DNA of 64,000 nucleotides, taken from IMG/VR virus record IMGVR_UViG_3300044647_000866. One strand, given 5' to 3'. Below the pieces are notes generated by a model. It made no database searches and was not told the DNA's origin. It saw only the letters and a program-made list of their open reading frames with translations. The translations under genes were made by a program, and so were the position numbers. The stretch is from an uncultured virus (IMG/VR IMGVR_UViG_3300044647_000866). Lineage: Duplodnaviria; Heunggongvirae; Uroviricota; Caudoviricetes. The stretch's first letter is position 1. Every line of letters starts with the position of its first letter. Below, one piece after another: positions 26,235 to 36,297 of this stretch.

Positions 26235-28874
26235 ATGGCAGGTTTCGTGATTCGAGGATTTCGCGGCATGCGTCCGATCCTCGACCCAAAGCTCCTTGAT
26301 TCCTCTGAGGCACAAGAAGCCAAAGACGTTCGCCTTTTCTCCGGCAACATCGAGCCTGTCGAGAGCAACACCACCGTCACTGCGCTCAAGACCGTTTCAG
26401 GCACTGTGCAGACAATCTTCCGCGCCAGAGACAACGTCGACGAATCCCTGAACTGGTTTGAGTTTACGGCGGACGTGGACATCGCACGATCGCCCATCAC
26501 GCAGGACAGCTACGGCAGGACGTATTGGACTGGCGAGGACTACCCTCGCTACGCCCCTGAGTCTGTGGCGTTTTCCTCTGGCTCATCTGCCTACCCGCGC
26601 AACTCGTATCGCCTTGGCATCCCGAAGCCGATAGTTGTTCCGCTTGTGACTGGCGTTCCGGTGACTGAGGCCGACACTGTCGAGCGCACCTACGTCCTGA
26701 CGTACATCAACACCGACGGAAGCAAGGAGTCCGCTCCCAGCGCTGAGGTGAAGGTCAAGGCGCTTTCTGCGAACGTCGATACCGGCGTCATTCTGGTTAC
26801 CGGGTTCACCTACGAGAGCGGCACGTCCTACGTAGTGACCTGCTCTGCCTCGCACAACCTTGCCGTCAAGGACTACATCGGCGTCACCGGCTCGACTGAG
26901 GCCGGCTGGAACGACACTTGGGAAGTCTCCGCGGTCGTTGACTCCAAGGTGTTCAAGGTCAAGAACACGCAGGCATTCCCTGCTCAGCCACCGGCTGGCC
27001 CGTATGTCGTCAAGCGCCGATACCCGCCGAAAGTGAAGCTGTTTAGTCTGCCGACAGATAACAATGGTAACTTGGACATAACCAGCAAGCGCATCTACCG
27101 CAAGGTGAGCGGCACGTTCCGCCTCGTGGATACCGTCCCACTGAGCGATGCAGAGTACATCGACCTGCATACGGATGCGGATCTGGCCGCGGGTGCGCCT
27201 CTGGCTTCCGGCGTCGAGAACCGCCCGACCCGTCCGATCACACCGCCGGTTGCGGTCATCCCGTTTACTGACACTACGGTGACTCCGGGTGCAACTACGG
27301 TGGCCAACGTCTACGCGACCGCTTTCGTGACCGCCGCCAACGTCGAGGGCACCCTCAGCAAGTCGTCTGGCGTGGTCAAGGTCATAGACGGCGTGACATC
27401 TGTCAATATCACCCACAACGAGGTGGTAGCCAGCGATGTCACCAAGAAGCGCATCTACCGCCAGACCGTCACCTACAGCGGGACGGGCACCTACACAGTG
27501 ACGGACTCCGCCTATCGGCTGGTTGTCGAAGTGCCGGTGTCCCAATCCTCGTACACGGACACGGCCTCAAGCTCCGGCATCTCAGGCAACGCTGCCCCTG
27601 CCGTCCAGAATGGCATCGACGAGCCGCCGGGTGGAGCCGTGGCGGCGTTTGGCGCGGTGGGGGCACTTCCGGCCAAGGTCACCGCTGAGAGCCGCGTATA
27701 CGTCTACACGTACGTCTCTGAGTACGGTGAGGAGGGGCCGCCTTCCGCTCCGTCCACCCTGATCGACGTCAACCCCAACGAGGGGGTTCTAGTCGTGACC
27801 GGGGGTGCGCCGACCGGAAGCTACAACATCACCAAGAAGTACATCTACCGCACGTCTAGTGGCTCAAGCGCAACAGATTACCAGTTCGTTGCTGAGGTTG
27901 CCGTCGGTACCACCAGCTACACGGACTACAAGAAGCAGACTGAGCTGGGCGAGATCATGCCGTCGCTCGACTGGGAGCAGCCGCCGACCAACCTGAAGGG
28001 CTTGAAGGTCATGGCCAATGGCATCTTCACGGCCTTCTCTGGGAAGGATTTGTGCTTCTCAGAGCCGTTCATGCCGCATGCGTGGTCGAGCAAGAACTTC
28101 CTGCCTGTAGACGCCACGATCATCGGCCTTGGGACGTTCGGCCAGTCGGTCGCTGTACTGACTGACTCCTTCCCGTACATCGCTACAGGCATCGACCCGT
28201 CTGCCATGACGCTCGTAAAGACGTCCTTTCAGCAGGCGTGCGTCTCAAAGCGGTCTATCGTGGATGCTGGCGACTCAGTCATCTATGCATCGCCGGACGG
28301 CCTTGCTCAGATCGGCCTGAACGGCGTCAGCCTGCTCACCGCAAAGATGCTGTCGCAGAAGCAGTGGCAGGAATACAACCCTTCGTCCATCCATGCCTAC
28401 ATTCACGAGGGGCGGTACTACGCCTTCTACACGAAGACGGACAACTCCAAGGGGCTGCTCGTCTTCAACTTAGTGGGCAACGATGCGCCGTTCACGATCG
28501 GCACGCAGACGACCACAGCTGGCCATGTTGTAGCTACGTCGGACTCTTTGCACATCGTCGAGTCGAACAACATCGTCAAGATGGACAAGTCCTCGACCAA
28601 GCGCAATTACCTCTGGAAGTCGAAGGTTTTTGAGTCTGCTCAGGAGACCAACTTCGGCGTGGCTCAGGTTTTCTGCTCTACATACACGAACAACTGTACG
28701 CTTAAAATATACGCCGATGGCGTACTCAAGCTGACAAAGGTGGTAGCGAGTGCAGACCCGTTCCGCCTCCCAGCTGGGTACTTGGCACGCAACTGGTACG
28801 TGACTGTTGAGGGACAAGATCCTGTGCAGATGATCGCTGTGGCCCAGTCTACCGCTGAGTTGAAAGGCGCATGA
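26235..28874 (+). CDS. Tail nozzle/stabilisation protein
   Basis: GFRGMRP.LDPKLL....AQ.A N-terminus, FSEPFMPHAW, CVSKRSIV, YASPDGL, W.SKVF and PFRLPAG; three internal K.IYR repeats. Confidence 0.78.
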   Translation: MAGFVIRGFRGMRPILDPKLLDSSEAQEAKDVRLFSGNIEPVESNTTVTALKTVSGTVQTIFRARDNVDESLNWFEFTADVDIARSPITQDSYGRTYWTGEDYPRYAPESVAFSSGSSAYPRNSYRLGIPKPIVVPLVTGVPVTEADTVERTYVLTYINTDGSKESAPSAEVKVKALSANVDTGVILVTGFTYESGTSYVVTCSASHNLAVKDYIGVTGSTEAGWNDTWEVSAVVDSKVFKVKNTQAFPAQPPAGPYVVKRRYPPKVKLFSLPTDNNGNLDITSKRIYRKVSGTFRLVDTVPLSDAEYIDLHTDADLAAGAPLASGVENRPTRPITPPVAVIPFTDTTVTPGATTVANVYATAFVTAANVEGTLSKSSGVVKVIDGVTSVNITHNEVVASDVTKKRIYRQTVTYSGTGTYTVTDSAYRLVVEVPVSQSSYTDTASSSGISGNAAPAVQNGIDEPPGGAVAAFGAVGALPAKVTAESRVYVYTYVSEYGEEGPPSAPSTLIDVNPNEGVLVVTGGAPTGSYNITKKYIYRTSSGSSATDYQFVAEVAVGTTSYTDYKKQTELGEIMPSLDWEQPPTNLKGLKVMANGIFTAFSGKDLCFSEPFMPHAWSSKNFLPVDATIIGLGTFGQSVAVLTDSFPYIATGIDPSAMTLVKTSFQQACVSKRSIVDAGDSVIYASPDGLAQIGLNGVSLLTAKMLSQKQWQEYNPSSIHAYIHEGRYYAFYTKTDNSKGLLVFNLVGNDAPFTIGTQTTTAGHVVATSDSLHIVESNNIVKMDKSSTKRNYLWKSKVFESAQETNFGVAQVFCSTYTNNCTLKIYADGVLKLTKVVASADPFRLPAGYLARNWYVTVEGQDPVQMIAVAQSTAELKGA

Positions 28875-31800
28875 GCGCAGAGACGAAAGTTCCGTCAATT
28901 CCTGACGTTGGCACTGGCTCCGTTGAGTACATTCTCAATTCGGTCAAGATGCTTCTCGACGTCAGAGAGGGCGTCTCTGGCAACAAGCTTGACGCCAATG
29001 TCACCTATCGCGATCTCGTCAACCTTGGGATGGCGAAGGACGCTACTGGAGCTTACTCCGCGTCATCTGCTGCGAAGCTTAGCCTGCCGATATTCCCGCC
29101 GAACGCAGACCCTGACGGATACGTTCCCTCTGAAGACCTGACTCCGCCGCCAGCTCCTGAGAATGTTGAGGCGTTTGGCTCGATCGGAATCATCTTCATT
29201 ACTTGGGATCAGCCGTTCTACAAGAATCACCAGTACGCCGAAGTGTGGCGTGCTGAGAGCGATGACATTGGCGCAGCCACTCTGCTTGGAACCAGCGCGG
29301 CGCAGGGCTACATGGACAGCCCAAGGGCGAAAGAATTCACCTACTACTACTGGGTTCGGTTCGTATCCAAAGCTGACGTCAATGGCCCGTACAGCCAAGA
29401 GTCTGCATCCGCTCAGGCGTCGACTGACCCTGCTGAGCTGATCAAGATCCTTGAGGAAGAGATCCTCAGCCTCGATCTGGTCAAGGATCTTTCAAGCAGG
29501 ATTCAGCTGATCGACGGGCCTACTGAGCTGGTCAACTCAGTGAACTACCGCATGAAGCAGGAGTTCACCGCTCGTGTTGCGGCAATCAATGCGGAGGCTG
29601 CGACTCGTGCGCAGGCCTTGCTTGATGAGGCCGCGGCTCGTGGCACCGCTATCACTAATGAGCAGATTGCCAGACAGAACGCTGACGGCGCATTGGCTCA
29701 GGACATCACGACTTTAACGGCTACCGTTAATGGCAACAACTCGACGCTGACTGCAGCCATTCAGGCTGAGGCTACAGCGCGAGCCAACGCAGACTCTGCT
29801 GAGGCTACTGAGCGAAACACGCTCGCCACTCAGATGCGCGGTGGCTATACCGGAAGTGATCTAGGTCAGCTCACCACGGGACTGATCTTCCAAGAGCGGC
29901 AGGCCAGATCCTCTCAGGACTCCGCCCTTGCTCAGCAGATCTCGCTGCTGACTGCCGGCGTGTCTGGCGGCTTTGATCCGTACGACACATTCCACTTCGA
30001 CAGCTCTGTTGATGGATGGTCTGGGTCTAACTGCACGCTGTCTGTTGGTAACGGATACGTTACCCTAACTCCGACAGGCGCTGATCCTTCAATCAGCCTG
30101 TCTGCAGACTTCAACCCCGGCTTCAGTGGTGCTTCGTACCGCATCGTGAAAGTGCGTTTCAAGCGAGTTGCAGGCACTGGCTGGGTCGGCAAGCTGCGAT
30201 GGAAGACGTCAGGCCACGGATTCTCTGCGTCATACGAGAAGACGATTGCAGATCCGGGTATCGGTGTAGGCGCGACAACGATCGTCGACTTCGATGTTGA
30301 CGGCATTGCTGACTGGACTGGCGGCGCGATACTCAACATCCAGCTTCTTCTTGGAACCAGCTCAGATACGTTCGACATCGACTGGATCTCGATTGGCCGC
30401 AATGCGCCTGCCGCGTCACAAGCGGCCATCCTTGAAGAGGCCGTTGCAAGAGCCGCTGCTGACTCTGCTGAAGCCACAGCAAGGCAGCTGCTTTCGACGT
30501 CAGTCATCGGGGTCACAGATCCTACTGGCGTCACGCTTTCAACGGTGGGCGGACTGATCGGCAGTGAGCGCACTGCTCGAACTAACGCAGACAGCAGCGA
30601 GGTCACGCAGCGAGAGCTTCTGTCGACGACGCTCACTGGGCAGTCAACAGCTTCCGGCCTGAATCTCAACAACATCTCAGGAATCATTGGCGAAGAGAGA
30701 ACGGCTCGCGTCAATGCTGACAGCTCTCAAACTACGGTAACCACTGGCCTTCAGTCTCAGGTAAACCTGAAGACGAAGGTTTATCAGCAGGCCGCACAGC
30801 CGACATCTCCTCCGTCCCCGCTAACATCATTCACTGTCGGCGATCTTTGGATCGACACAGACGACAGCAATAAGATGTACCGCTGGACTGGCAGCGCTTG
30901 GGTTGAGACTACTGACGGAAGAATTGGGACACTGACTGGAAACGTCAGCACACTTCAGGAGACCTACAGCAGCTTAGACACTGCTGTAAACGGGCCGACT
31001 GGTCTTGCCACGAGGATGAGCGCGGTCGAGACCGTTGCCGCCAGCAAGAACAAAACCTTCCGTCAAACAACAGCGCCAACAGGTGCGCTTGTAACTGGCG
31101 ATATTTGGTTCAACACGGCCAGTAACAACGCTGCTTACAGATGGGACGGATCAGCTTGGGTTCTCACTGAGGACTCAAGAATTCCTCAGACTGCTGCAGC
31201 CGTGGTCAACGTCGAGCAGACGAAGATCGGCTACGCAACACTCTCGAATGGCGAGGTGTTCGACAACAACGGCGCTATCCGCAACGCGACTGACGTCGCC
31301 ACATGGAACGCCGCCAACCCCAGCAATCCTGCCACATGGAACGTAGGCATCCCGTTTGCCTCCGCCGTGAAGCAGGTGCGCATCTCTGACGGCCTGTCGT
31401 CTGTTGCTCTTGAGCAGCGGTTCACTGCGCAGCGCGGCACGAACAACACGCTTCTTGGGCAGTACTCAGTCAAGATCGACAACAACGGGCACGTATCTGG
31501 CTTTGGCCTGTCAAGCACGGAAGTCAACGGCACACCGACATCTGCGTTCATTATCCGCGCAGACAAGTTCGCGATCGTTGATCCGGCAAGTGGTGCCAAT
31601 AACCTAACGAACTCGCCGTCTGCTGACACAGTTCCGTTTGCTGTTGATGGTGGGGCTGTCTACATCAAGACCGCGTTCATCAAGGACGCGACTATATCGT
31701 CCGCTAAGATTGCCTCGCTCGTTGCCAACAAGATTACTGCCGGATACATCAACGCAGTTGTTGGTATCAATGGTGCTAAGACTTACGGCACTGAGTTGTA

Positions 31801-32893
31801 TGCTGGCGGAAGCACCAGCGTGCAGACTGATGGTTTAGGCAATGTCATAGGGTTTACTGCGCAGAATCCGACGCTATCTATTGTCAATGGCATAGCAACG
31901 TTTGTTGCGTCGTCATTCCGCATTGCGAACTCCGCATCCGGAACGCCGACAAACTCGTTCCCGTTTATTGTTGAAGGCGGGGTTACATACCTAAATACAG
32001 CCATCATAAAAAACGGCACGATTACGACTGCGCAAATTGAAAACGCGACAATCAGTAACGCGCAAATTACTAGCCTTTCCGCAGACAAGATCACTAGCGG
32101 AACAATCTCTACGTCTCGTCTTGCGATTGACACGAACACACTGACTTCTAGCGGCGGACTGCTGACCATCAGCGGCGGCGCTATCACGAACCAGCTTATT
32201 GCCACCAACGCCAACATCGATGGCGCGAAGATTGCGAACCTTTCAGTCAACACCCTGAAGATTGCAGGCAATGCAATCACGCAGCCACAGGTATACACGG
32301 CTGCAGACGTTTACGTGCCTAATGCATCTGCAATTCAGATGACGAGCAGCGGCGTTTCTGAGAACTACAACTACGTCGGAACAAATAACGGCGACTACAT
32401 TTTCATTCAGTACTACGATTTCTATACTGGCAATCTCATCGAGTACTACGAGTTCGTCGGCACAGGCAATGGCGACTACACGAGAACAGTTGTCTACGGG
32501 CCGCCGACTTTCCTGAACGAAATTCTGGTTATTGAGACTCCTGTCGTTACGGTTGGCGTGGACGCTACTGCCGCTGTGCAGATCGTGTACTACGCAACGC
32601 ACGACGGCTCTATCTACACCTACAACGATTCCGGCCAACATCTTTTCATGCTTCTCGATACCGGATCTGGGTATCGCCTTGTGGCGCAGCAGCAAGTAGG
32701 ACTTCGCACTGACAGCAGTGCAGACACTATGGCATCTCTCCCGATTGCCATGACGTTCACGGCAAAAGACATTACGACAGCTAGGGTGAAGATCCTAACT
32801 GGCAGCCGGCGTGTTGACCTTCCGATGGGCAATGGCAGTAACCCTTGCTGGCTGCGTAACAGCACAATCTCACTGCTGGGGGCAAAGCGATGA
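28871..32893 (+). CDS. Host-specificity protein J-like tail protein (DUF1983 region)
   Basis: FN3-like YYYWVRFVS; coiled-coil; YSVKIDNNGHVSGFGL...FIIRADKFAI...PFAVDGGAVYIKTAFIKDATI..AKI. Confidence 0.8.
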   Translation: MSAETKVPSIPDVGTGSVEYILNSVKMLLDVREGVSGNKLDANVTYRDLVNLGMAKDATGAYSASSAAKLSLPIFPPNADPDGYVPSEDLTPPPAPENVEAFGSIGIIFITWDQPFYKNHQYAEVWRAESDDIGAATLLGTSAAQGYMDSPRAKEFTYYYWVRFVSKADVNGPYSQESASAQASTDPAELIKILEEEILSLDLVKDLSSRIQLIDGPTELVNSVNYRMKQEFTARVAAINAEAATRAQALLDEAAARGTAITNEQIARQNADGALAQDITTLTATVNGNNSTLTAAIQAEATARANADSAEATERNTLATQMRGGYTGSDLGQLTTGLIFQERQARSSQDSALAQQISLLTAGVSGGFDPYDTFHFDSSVDGWSGSNCTLSVGNGYVTLTPTGADPSISLSADFNPGFSGASYRIVKVRFKRVAGTGWVGKLRWKTSGHGFSASYEKTIADPGIGVGATTIVDFDVDGIADWTGGAILNIQLLLGTSSDTFDIDWISIGRNAPAASQAAILEEAVARAAADSAEATARQLLSTSVIGVTDPTGVTLSTVGGLIGSERTARTNADSSEVTQRELLSTTLTGQSTASGLNLNNISGIIGEERTARVNADSSQTTVTTGLQSQVNLKTKVYQQAAQPTSPPSPLTSFTVGDLWIDTDDSNKMYRWTGSAWVETTDGRIGTLTGNVSTLQETYSSLDTAVNGPTGLATRMSAVETVAASKNKTFRQTTAPTGALVTGDIWFNTASNNAAYRWDGSAWVLTEDSRIPQTAAAVVNVEQTKIGYATLSNGEVFDNNGAIRNATDVATWNAANPSNPATWNVGIPFASAVKQVRISDGLSSVALEQRFTAQRGTNNTLLGQYSVKIDNNGHVSGFGLSSTEVNGTPTSAFIIRADKFAIVDPASGANNLTNSPSADTVPFAVDGGAVYIKTAFIKDATISSAKIASLVANKITAGYINAVVGINGAKTYGTELYAGGSTSVQTDGLGNVIGFTAQNPTLSIVNGIATFVASSFRIANSASGTPTNSFPFIVEGGVTYLNTAIIKNGTITTAQIENATISNAQITSLSADKITSGTISTSRLAIDTNTLTSSGGLLTISGGAITNQLIATNANIDGAKIANLSVNTLKIAGNAITQPQVYTAADVYVPNASAIQMTSSGVSENYNYVGTNNGDYIFIQYYDFYTGNLIEYYEFVGTGNGDYTRTVVYGPPTFLNEILVIETPVVTVGVDATAAVQIVYYATHDGSIYTYNDSGQHLFMLLDTGSGYRLVAQQQVGLRTDSSADTMASLPIAMTFTAKDITTARVKILTGSRRVDLPMGNGSNPCWLRNSTISLLGAKR

Positions 32894-33261
32894 GTTTCAT
32901 GGCTGTCTTTGATGTCGACGGTCGGTGCAAGTACGTCCTTGATGGAACCCCTGATTCAGTTGCCGTCAGAGACGAGGCTGCCGTCGCTTACAGCGAAGAG
33001 CCTATAAACCCAAACATGGTTTGGTATGACCACGAGGCAGGGAAAATGATGCCTCGCACGCCATTCCGTGTTTCGGTCACGAACAACCGGATAGAGCGCG
33101 TTCCTGTCGGAACCAAGGTCTACGTCGGGGCAGATTCTGCTGTCGTAAACGAAGGGTCTATAGACTTCGATGTTTCGTACGCACAGACAATTGTTGTGAC
33201 TATGATGCACATACGTCACATAGACAAAGTCTTGGAGGTTCGCTGTGAAGTTCCGGGTTAA
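32890..33261 (+). CDS. Hypothetical tail-associated protein
   Basis: 123 aa, ATGA-coupled to the J-like gene. Confidence 0.6.
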   Translation: MSFMAVFDVDGRCKYVLDGTPDSVAVRDEAAVAYSEEPINPNMVWYDHEAGKMMPRTPFRVSVTNNRIERVPVGTKVYVGADSAVVNEGSIDFDVSYAQTIVVTMMHIRHIDKVLEVRCEVPG

Positions 33262-33421
33262 TCAGGACTACGCAGAGCTTCGCCGCTCCGAATACCCGCC
33301 GATAGGCGATCAGCTGGATGCACTGTGGAAGGGGGGCGCTGTCCTTGAGGAGATGGCTCGCAAGGTTGCCGCCGTGAAGGAGAAATACCCTAAGCCGCCG
33401 CCGTCTGGTGAGCAGCCGTGA
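33245..33421 (+). CDS. Small tail-assembly-type protein, 58 aa (absent from ORF track)
   Basis: VKFRVNQDYAELRRSEYPPIGDQLDALWKG...VKEKYPKP; GGAGG SD; YP.IGDQLD.LW...K..YPK is common near phage tail genes. Confidence 0.72.
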   Translation: MKFRVNQDYAELRRSEYPPIGDQLDALWKGGAVLEEMARKVAAVKEKYPKPPPSGEQP

Positions 33422-34011
33422 ACATTCTGAGGCAGATCCTTGAGCGCAACATAGGCAACGTCCTCACTGAGGAGCTTGCGCTTGGCATCCTGTTATCGGT
33501 ATCCGGTAACAGCGATGAGTACATCAATATCGCGGACATCCCCCCTGAAGATTATGGGGATGCAGTTATCAACGTCGAGTTCCTGAAGGACTGCTTGGAT
33601 GAGATCAAGCCAGTCCATGCCCAGCACTGGGCAGAGACGGAATCCTATCGACACGGAATCGCTCTCAATCCTAACTACGAGTACATGTGCAACGCTGAGG
33701 CGCAGGGCCGCTTCATGCTGTTCACTGTGCGAGTTGCTGGCCGGTTGGTTGGCAACTGCATGATGTACTTGTCGAAGAGTACTCACACCCAGAAGTGGGT
33801 TGCTGAGGAAGACACCATTTTCATTCTGCCCGAATACCGCAAAGGTCGGCTCGGGATTCGCCTCATCCGCTACGTTGAAGATGTTCTCTTGAACATGGGG
33901 GTGACGGAGATACGTGTGACAGTCAAGGAAGTCAACGAAGTTGGCAGGCTGTTGCAACACCTTGGCTATGACCACACTGGCAATCAATTAACTAAGATCC
34001 TTCAGGAGTAA
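33418..34011 (+). CDS. GNAT acetyltransferase-like protein (copy 2)
   Basis: EEDTIFILPEYRKGRLGIRLIRYVE...LLQHLGY acetyl-CoA-binding pattern. Confidence 0.8.
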   Translation: MNILRQILERNIGNVLTEELALGILLSVSGNSDEYINIADIPPEDYGDAVINVEFLKDCLDEIKPVHAQHWAETESYRHGIALNPNYEYMCNAEAQGRFMLFTVRVAGRLVGNCMMYLSKSTHTQKWVAEEDTIFILPEYRKGRLGIRLIRYVEDVLLNMGVTEIRVTVKEVNEVGRLLQHLGYDHTGNQLTKILQE

Positions 34012-34014
34012 CAC

Positions 34015-35091
34015 ATGTGCAGTGACGCGCCCCCGCCGCCGGACTTCACGCCGCTTGCAAACGCGATGCGTGATGTCGGTGACAAAATGGCAGCACTTGG
34101 CCAGCAGCAGCTTGCCTTCGGTCAGCAGCGGTATCAGGAAACGATGCCGCTATACCAGCAGCTCGTATCCTCCAACCTGCAGGGACAGCAGCTTGCGATG
34201 GACATGGCGAAGGATGCCGCTAAGGAGCGCCTGAAGTACCGCGCCCTTGAGGACAGCCTCGTTGAGGAAGCGCAGCGTGCTTCTGCAATGGATCGCGGCG
34301 ACATCTTTGCAGGCCGCGCTGCTGCCGATGTCGAGCAATCGCTCGCTCAGCAGAGAAGCGCCGCAGTGCGGAATCTGACGCGCATGGGTGTGAACCCGAA
34401 TGCCGCTCGATTCGCCGCACTGAACGACGAGTTCGCGATTCGCGGAGCCGCTGCAACTGCTGGTGCCAAGACCGCCGGTCGCATGGCTGGCGAAGAGTAC
34501 TCCACCCGCCTGCGGTACAACGCAGCAGCGATGGGGCGCGGCCTTCCTGCTCAGCAGCTGTCGGCGATCGGCACTGGAATACAGGCCGGCGGCGCAACGG
34601 GTGCGCTTGTGCAGCAGCAGAACGCCCCGATGTATGCTGGCTTCCAAGGTGCGATGGGCGGACTGCAGGGTCAGATGGGCGGCATCCAAGGTGCCGGCAA
34701 CCTTCTGAATCAGGGCTACCAGAACCAGCTCGCCTACAGTCAGCAAAACGCTGGATTGGCCGGCGCACTTGGCCAGCTTGGCGGTATGGCTATGGGGTAC
34801 TTCATGCCCGGAGCTGCCGACGGCGGTCAGGTTGACGATGTGATCAGTGACGCCAGTAAGAACGAGTACGGCTCAGGCGGAAAGATCTCTGGCCCCGGCA
34901 CTGGAACGTCGGACAGCGTTCAGGCTCTGAATACTTCTGACGGCACGCCAATCAAGCTGAGCAATGGCGAGTACATCATCCCCGCCGATGTTGTTCGCGA
35001 GAAGGGCAAAGAGTTCTTCGACAACATGGTTCAGAAGTACCACACGCCCGTACGCAAAGGGCGTCGGCGCAAAGCTCTGAGGAAGGGTTAA
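34015..35091 (+). CDS. DNA ejection/pilot protein (second set)
   Basis: APPPPD N-terminus, LTRMGVNPNAARF, G/Q-rich tail, GPGTGTSDSV..LSNGEYIIPADVV motif. Confidence 0.75.
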   Translation: MCSDAPPPPDFTPLANAMRDVGDKMAALGQQQLAFGQQRYQETMPLYQQLVSSNLQGQQLAMDMAKDAAKERLKYRALEDSLVEEAQRASAMDRGDIFAGRAAADVEQSLAQQRSAAVRNLTRMGVNPNAARFAALNDEFAIRGAAATAGAKTAGRMAGEEYSTRLRYNAAAMGRGLPAQQLSAIGTGIQAGGATGALVQQQNAPMYAGFQGAMGGLQGQMGGIQGAGNLLNQGYQNQLAYSQQNAGLAGALGQLGGMAMGYFMPGAADGGQVDDVISDASKNEYGSGGKISGPGTGTSDSVQALNTSDGTPIKLSNGEYIIPADVVREKGKEFFDNMVQKYHTPVRKGRRRKALRKG

Positions 35092-35093
35092 TC

Positions 35094-36284
35094 ATGGCAA
35101 GCTTCGCAGAAGGTCTCGTCAAGGGTCTCCAGCAGCAGCAGGAGCTTAACCTCCGCCGATCTGAGCAGAAAAGACAGCAGGCTATCAGCATGTCGCAGCT
35201 TGCCTCTGCAGAAGAGGAGCGTCAGTACAGGCGCGAGCAGCGTGATAAGCAGGAAAAGGCGGCTGGAGAAATCCGGCAGCTGATGGATGGCGTTTTCGGT
35301 TACGACGAAACGCTGCCTGCTCAGGCTGTTCCGGGTCAAGCCGCTCCTGCGCAGACTGTCAGAAAGCAGTACGACATTTATGACAGCTCCCCCGAAGGCC
35401 GCGAGCGTCAACTGCGGTATCACTCTGGGTACACCCGCATTCTCATGAACAACGGCCTGATGTCGCCTACCGACATGAAGGCGTCTGCGGAATACGCCGG
35501 GTATCTTGATAAGTCTGGTGTCTCTGATGCGGCTCTTAACCTGTTCCTGACTGACGGTCGAGATGCAAAGTCTCTTGGCTTCCTTGCCAAGAAGCTCAAC
35601 CTTGATCCAAACAGCGTCAAGATCACCGGCTCACTCGTGGACAACTCCGCGAAGATTGATGCAAAAAGTTTGGGCGGCGAGTCCTTCTCACGTCCGCTTG
35701 GGGACATTTTCTCCGCGCTTGGCATCAATGCGTTTGAGAACATTCAGAAGGCCAAGCGTGAAGAGAAGGTCACTACTGCAACTCTTGAAAACCTTGAGGC
35801 AAAAACCAGTCTTGTTCGCGGCCAGACAAGACTTGCCGGCTCACGCGCTGCTGCGCTTGATGCTGGATCGCAAGAGGTGAAGTTGAAGGATCTTCCTAAG
35901 CTTTACTCCACCATGAAGGGGCCAACTGATACAAACGCCCCTGTTATGCCGCAAGGTCAAGAGATCCTCCGCAATGCTGTTGACGGCGCTAGGGGCGCTG
36001 GAGCTAACGGCAAGCAGGCGACTGACTTTGCCATCTCACTTGTATCCTCTCTTCGCACAGATCCTGCGTTTGTTCAGGCCATGCGAAATGCTGCTAAAGA
36101 TCAGGGTGTAAACATTCGACAGCCGAATCTTTACAATCTGTTCGAGCAGCAGTTCTTGGCAGAAAAGGTTCGCGAATTTGTGAACTCAGACGCAGGCCAA
36201 GCTCAGCTGCGATCGCAGTTTGGTCGAGGCGCTGCAGAAAGATCGTCTGCAATGGATACGACTCAAGACGCTTCAGCTGAATAA
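35094..36284 (+). CDS. Internal virion protein (second set)
   Basis: SFAEGLVKG N-terminus plus coiled-coil; lies between pilot and giant protein. Confidence 0.65.
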   Translation: MASFAEGLVKGLQQQQELNLRRSEQKRQQAISMSQLASAEEERQYRREQRDKQEKAAGEIRQLMDGVFGYDETLPAQAVPGQAAPAQTVRKQYDIYDSSPEGRERQLRYHSGYTRILMNNGLMSPTDMKASAEYAGYLDKSGVSDAALNLFLTDGRDAKSLGFLAKKLNLDPNSVKITGSLVDNSAKIDAKSLGGESFSRPLGDIFSALGINAFENIQKAKREEKVTTATLENLEAKTSLVRGQTRLAGSRAAALDAGSQEVKLKDLPKLYSTMKGPTDTNAPVMPQGQEILRNAVDGARGAGANGKQATDFAISLVSSLRTDPAFVQAMRNAAKDQGVNIRQPNLYNLFEQQFLAEKVREFVNSDAGQAQLRSQFGRGAAERSSAMDTTQDASAE

Positions 36285-36297
36285 TCCGGAGGCTTAG

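Noticed and set aside
18258..33261. Diversity-generating retroelement or invertible tail cassette
   Set aside because: No reverse transcriptase, adenine-specific repeat pair or invertase recognised.
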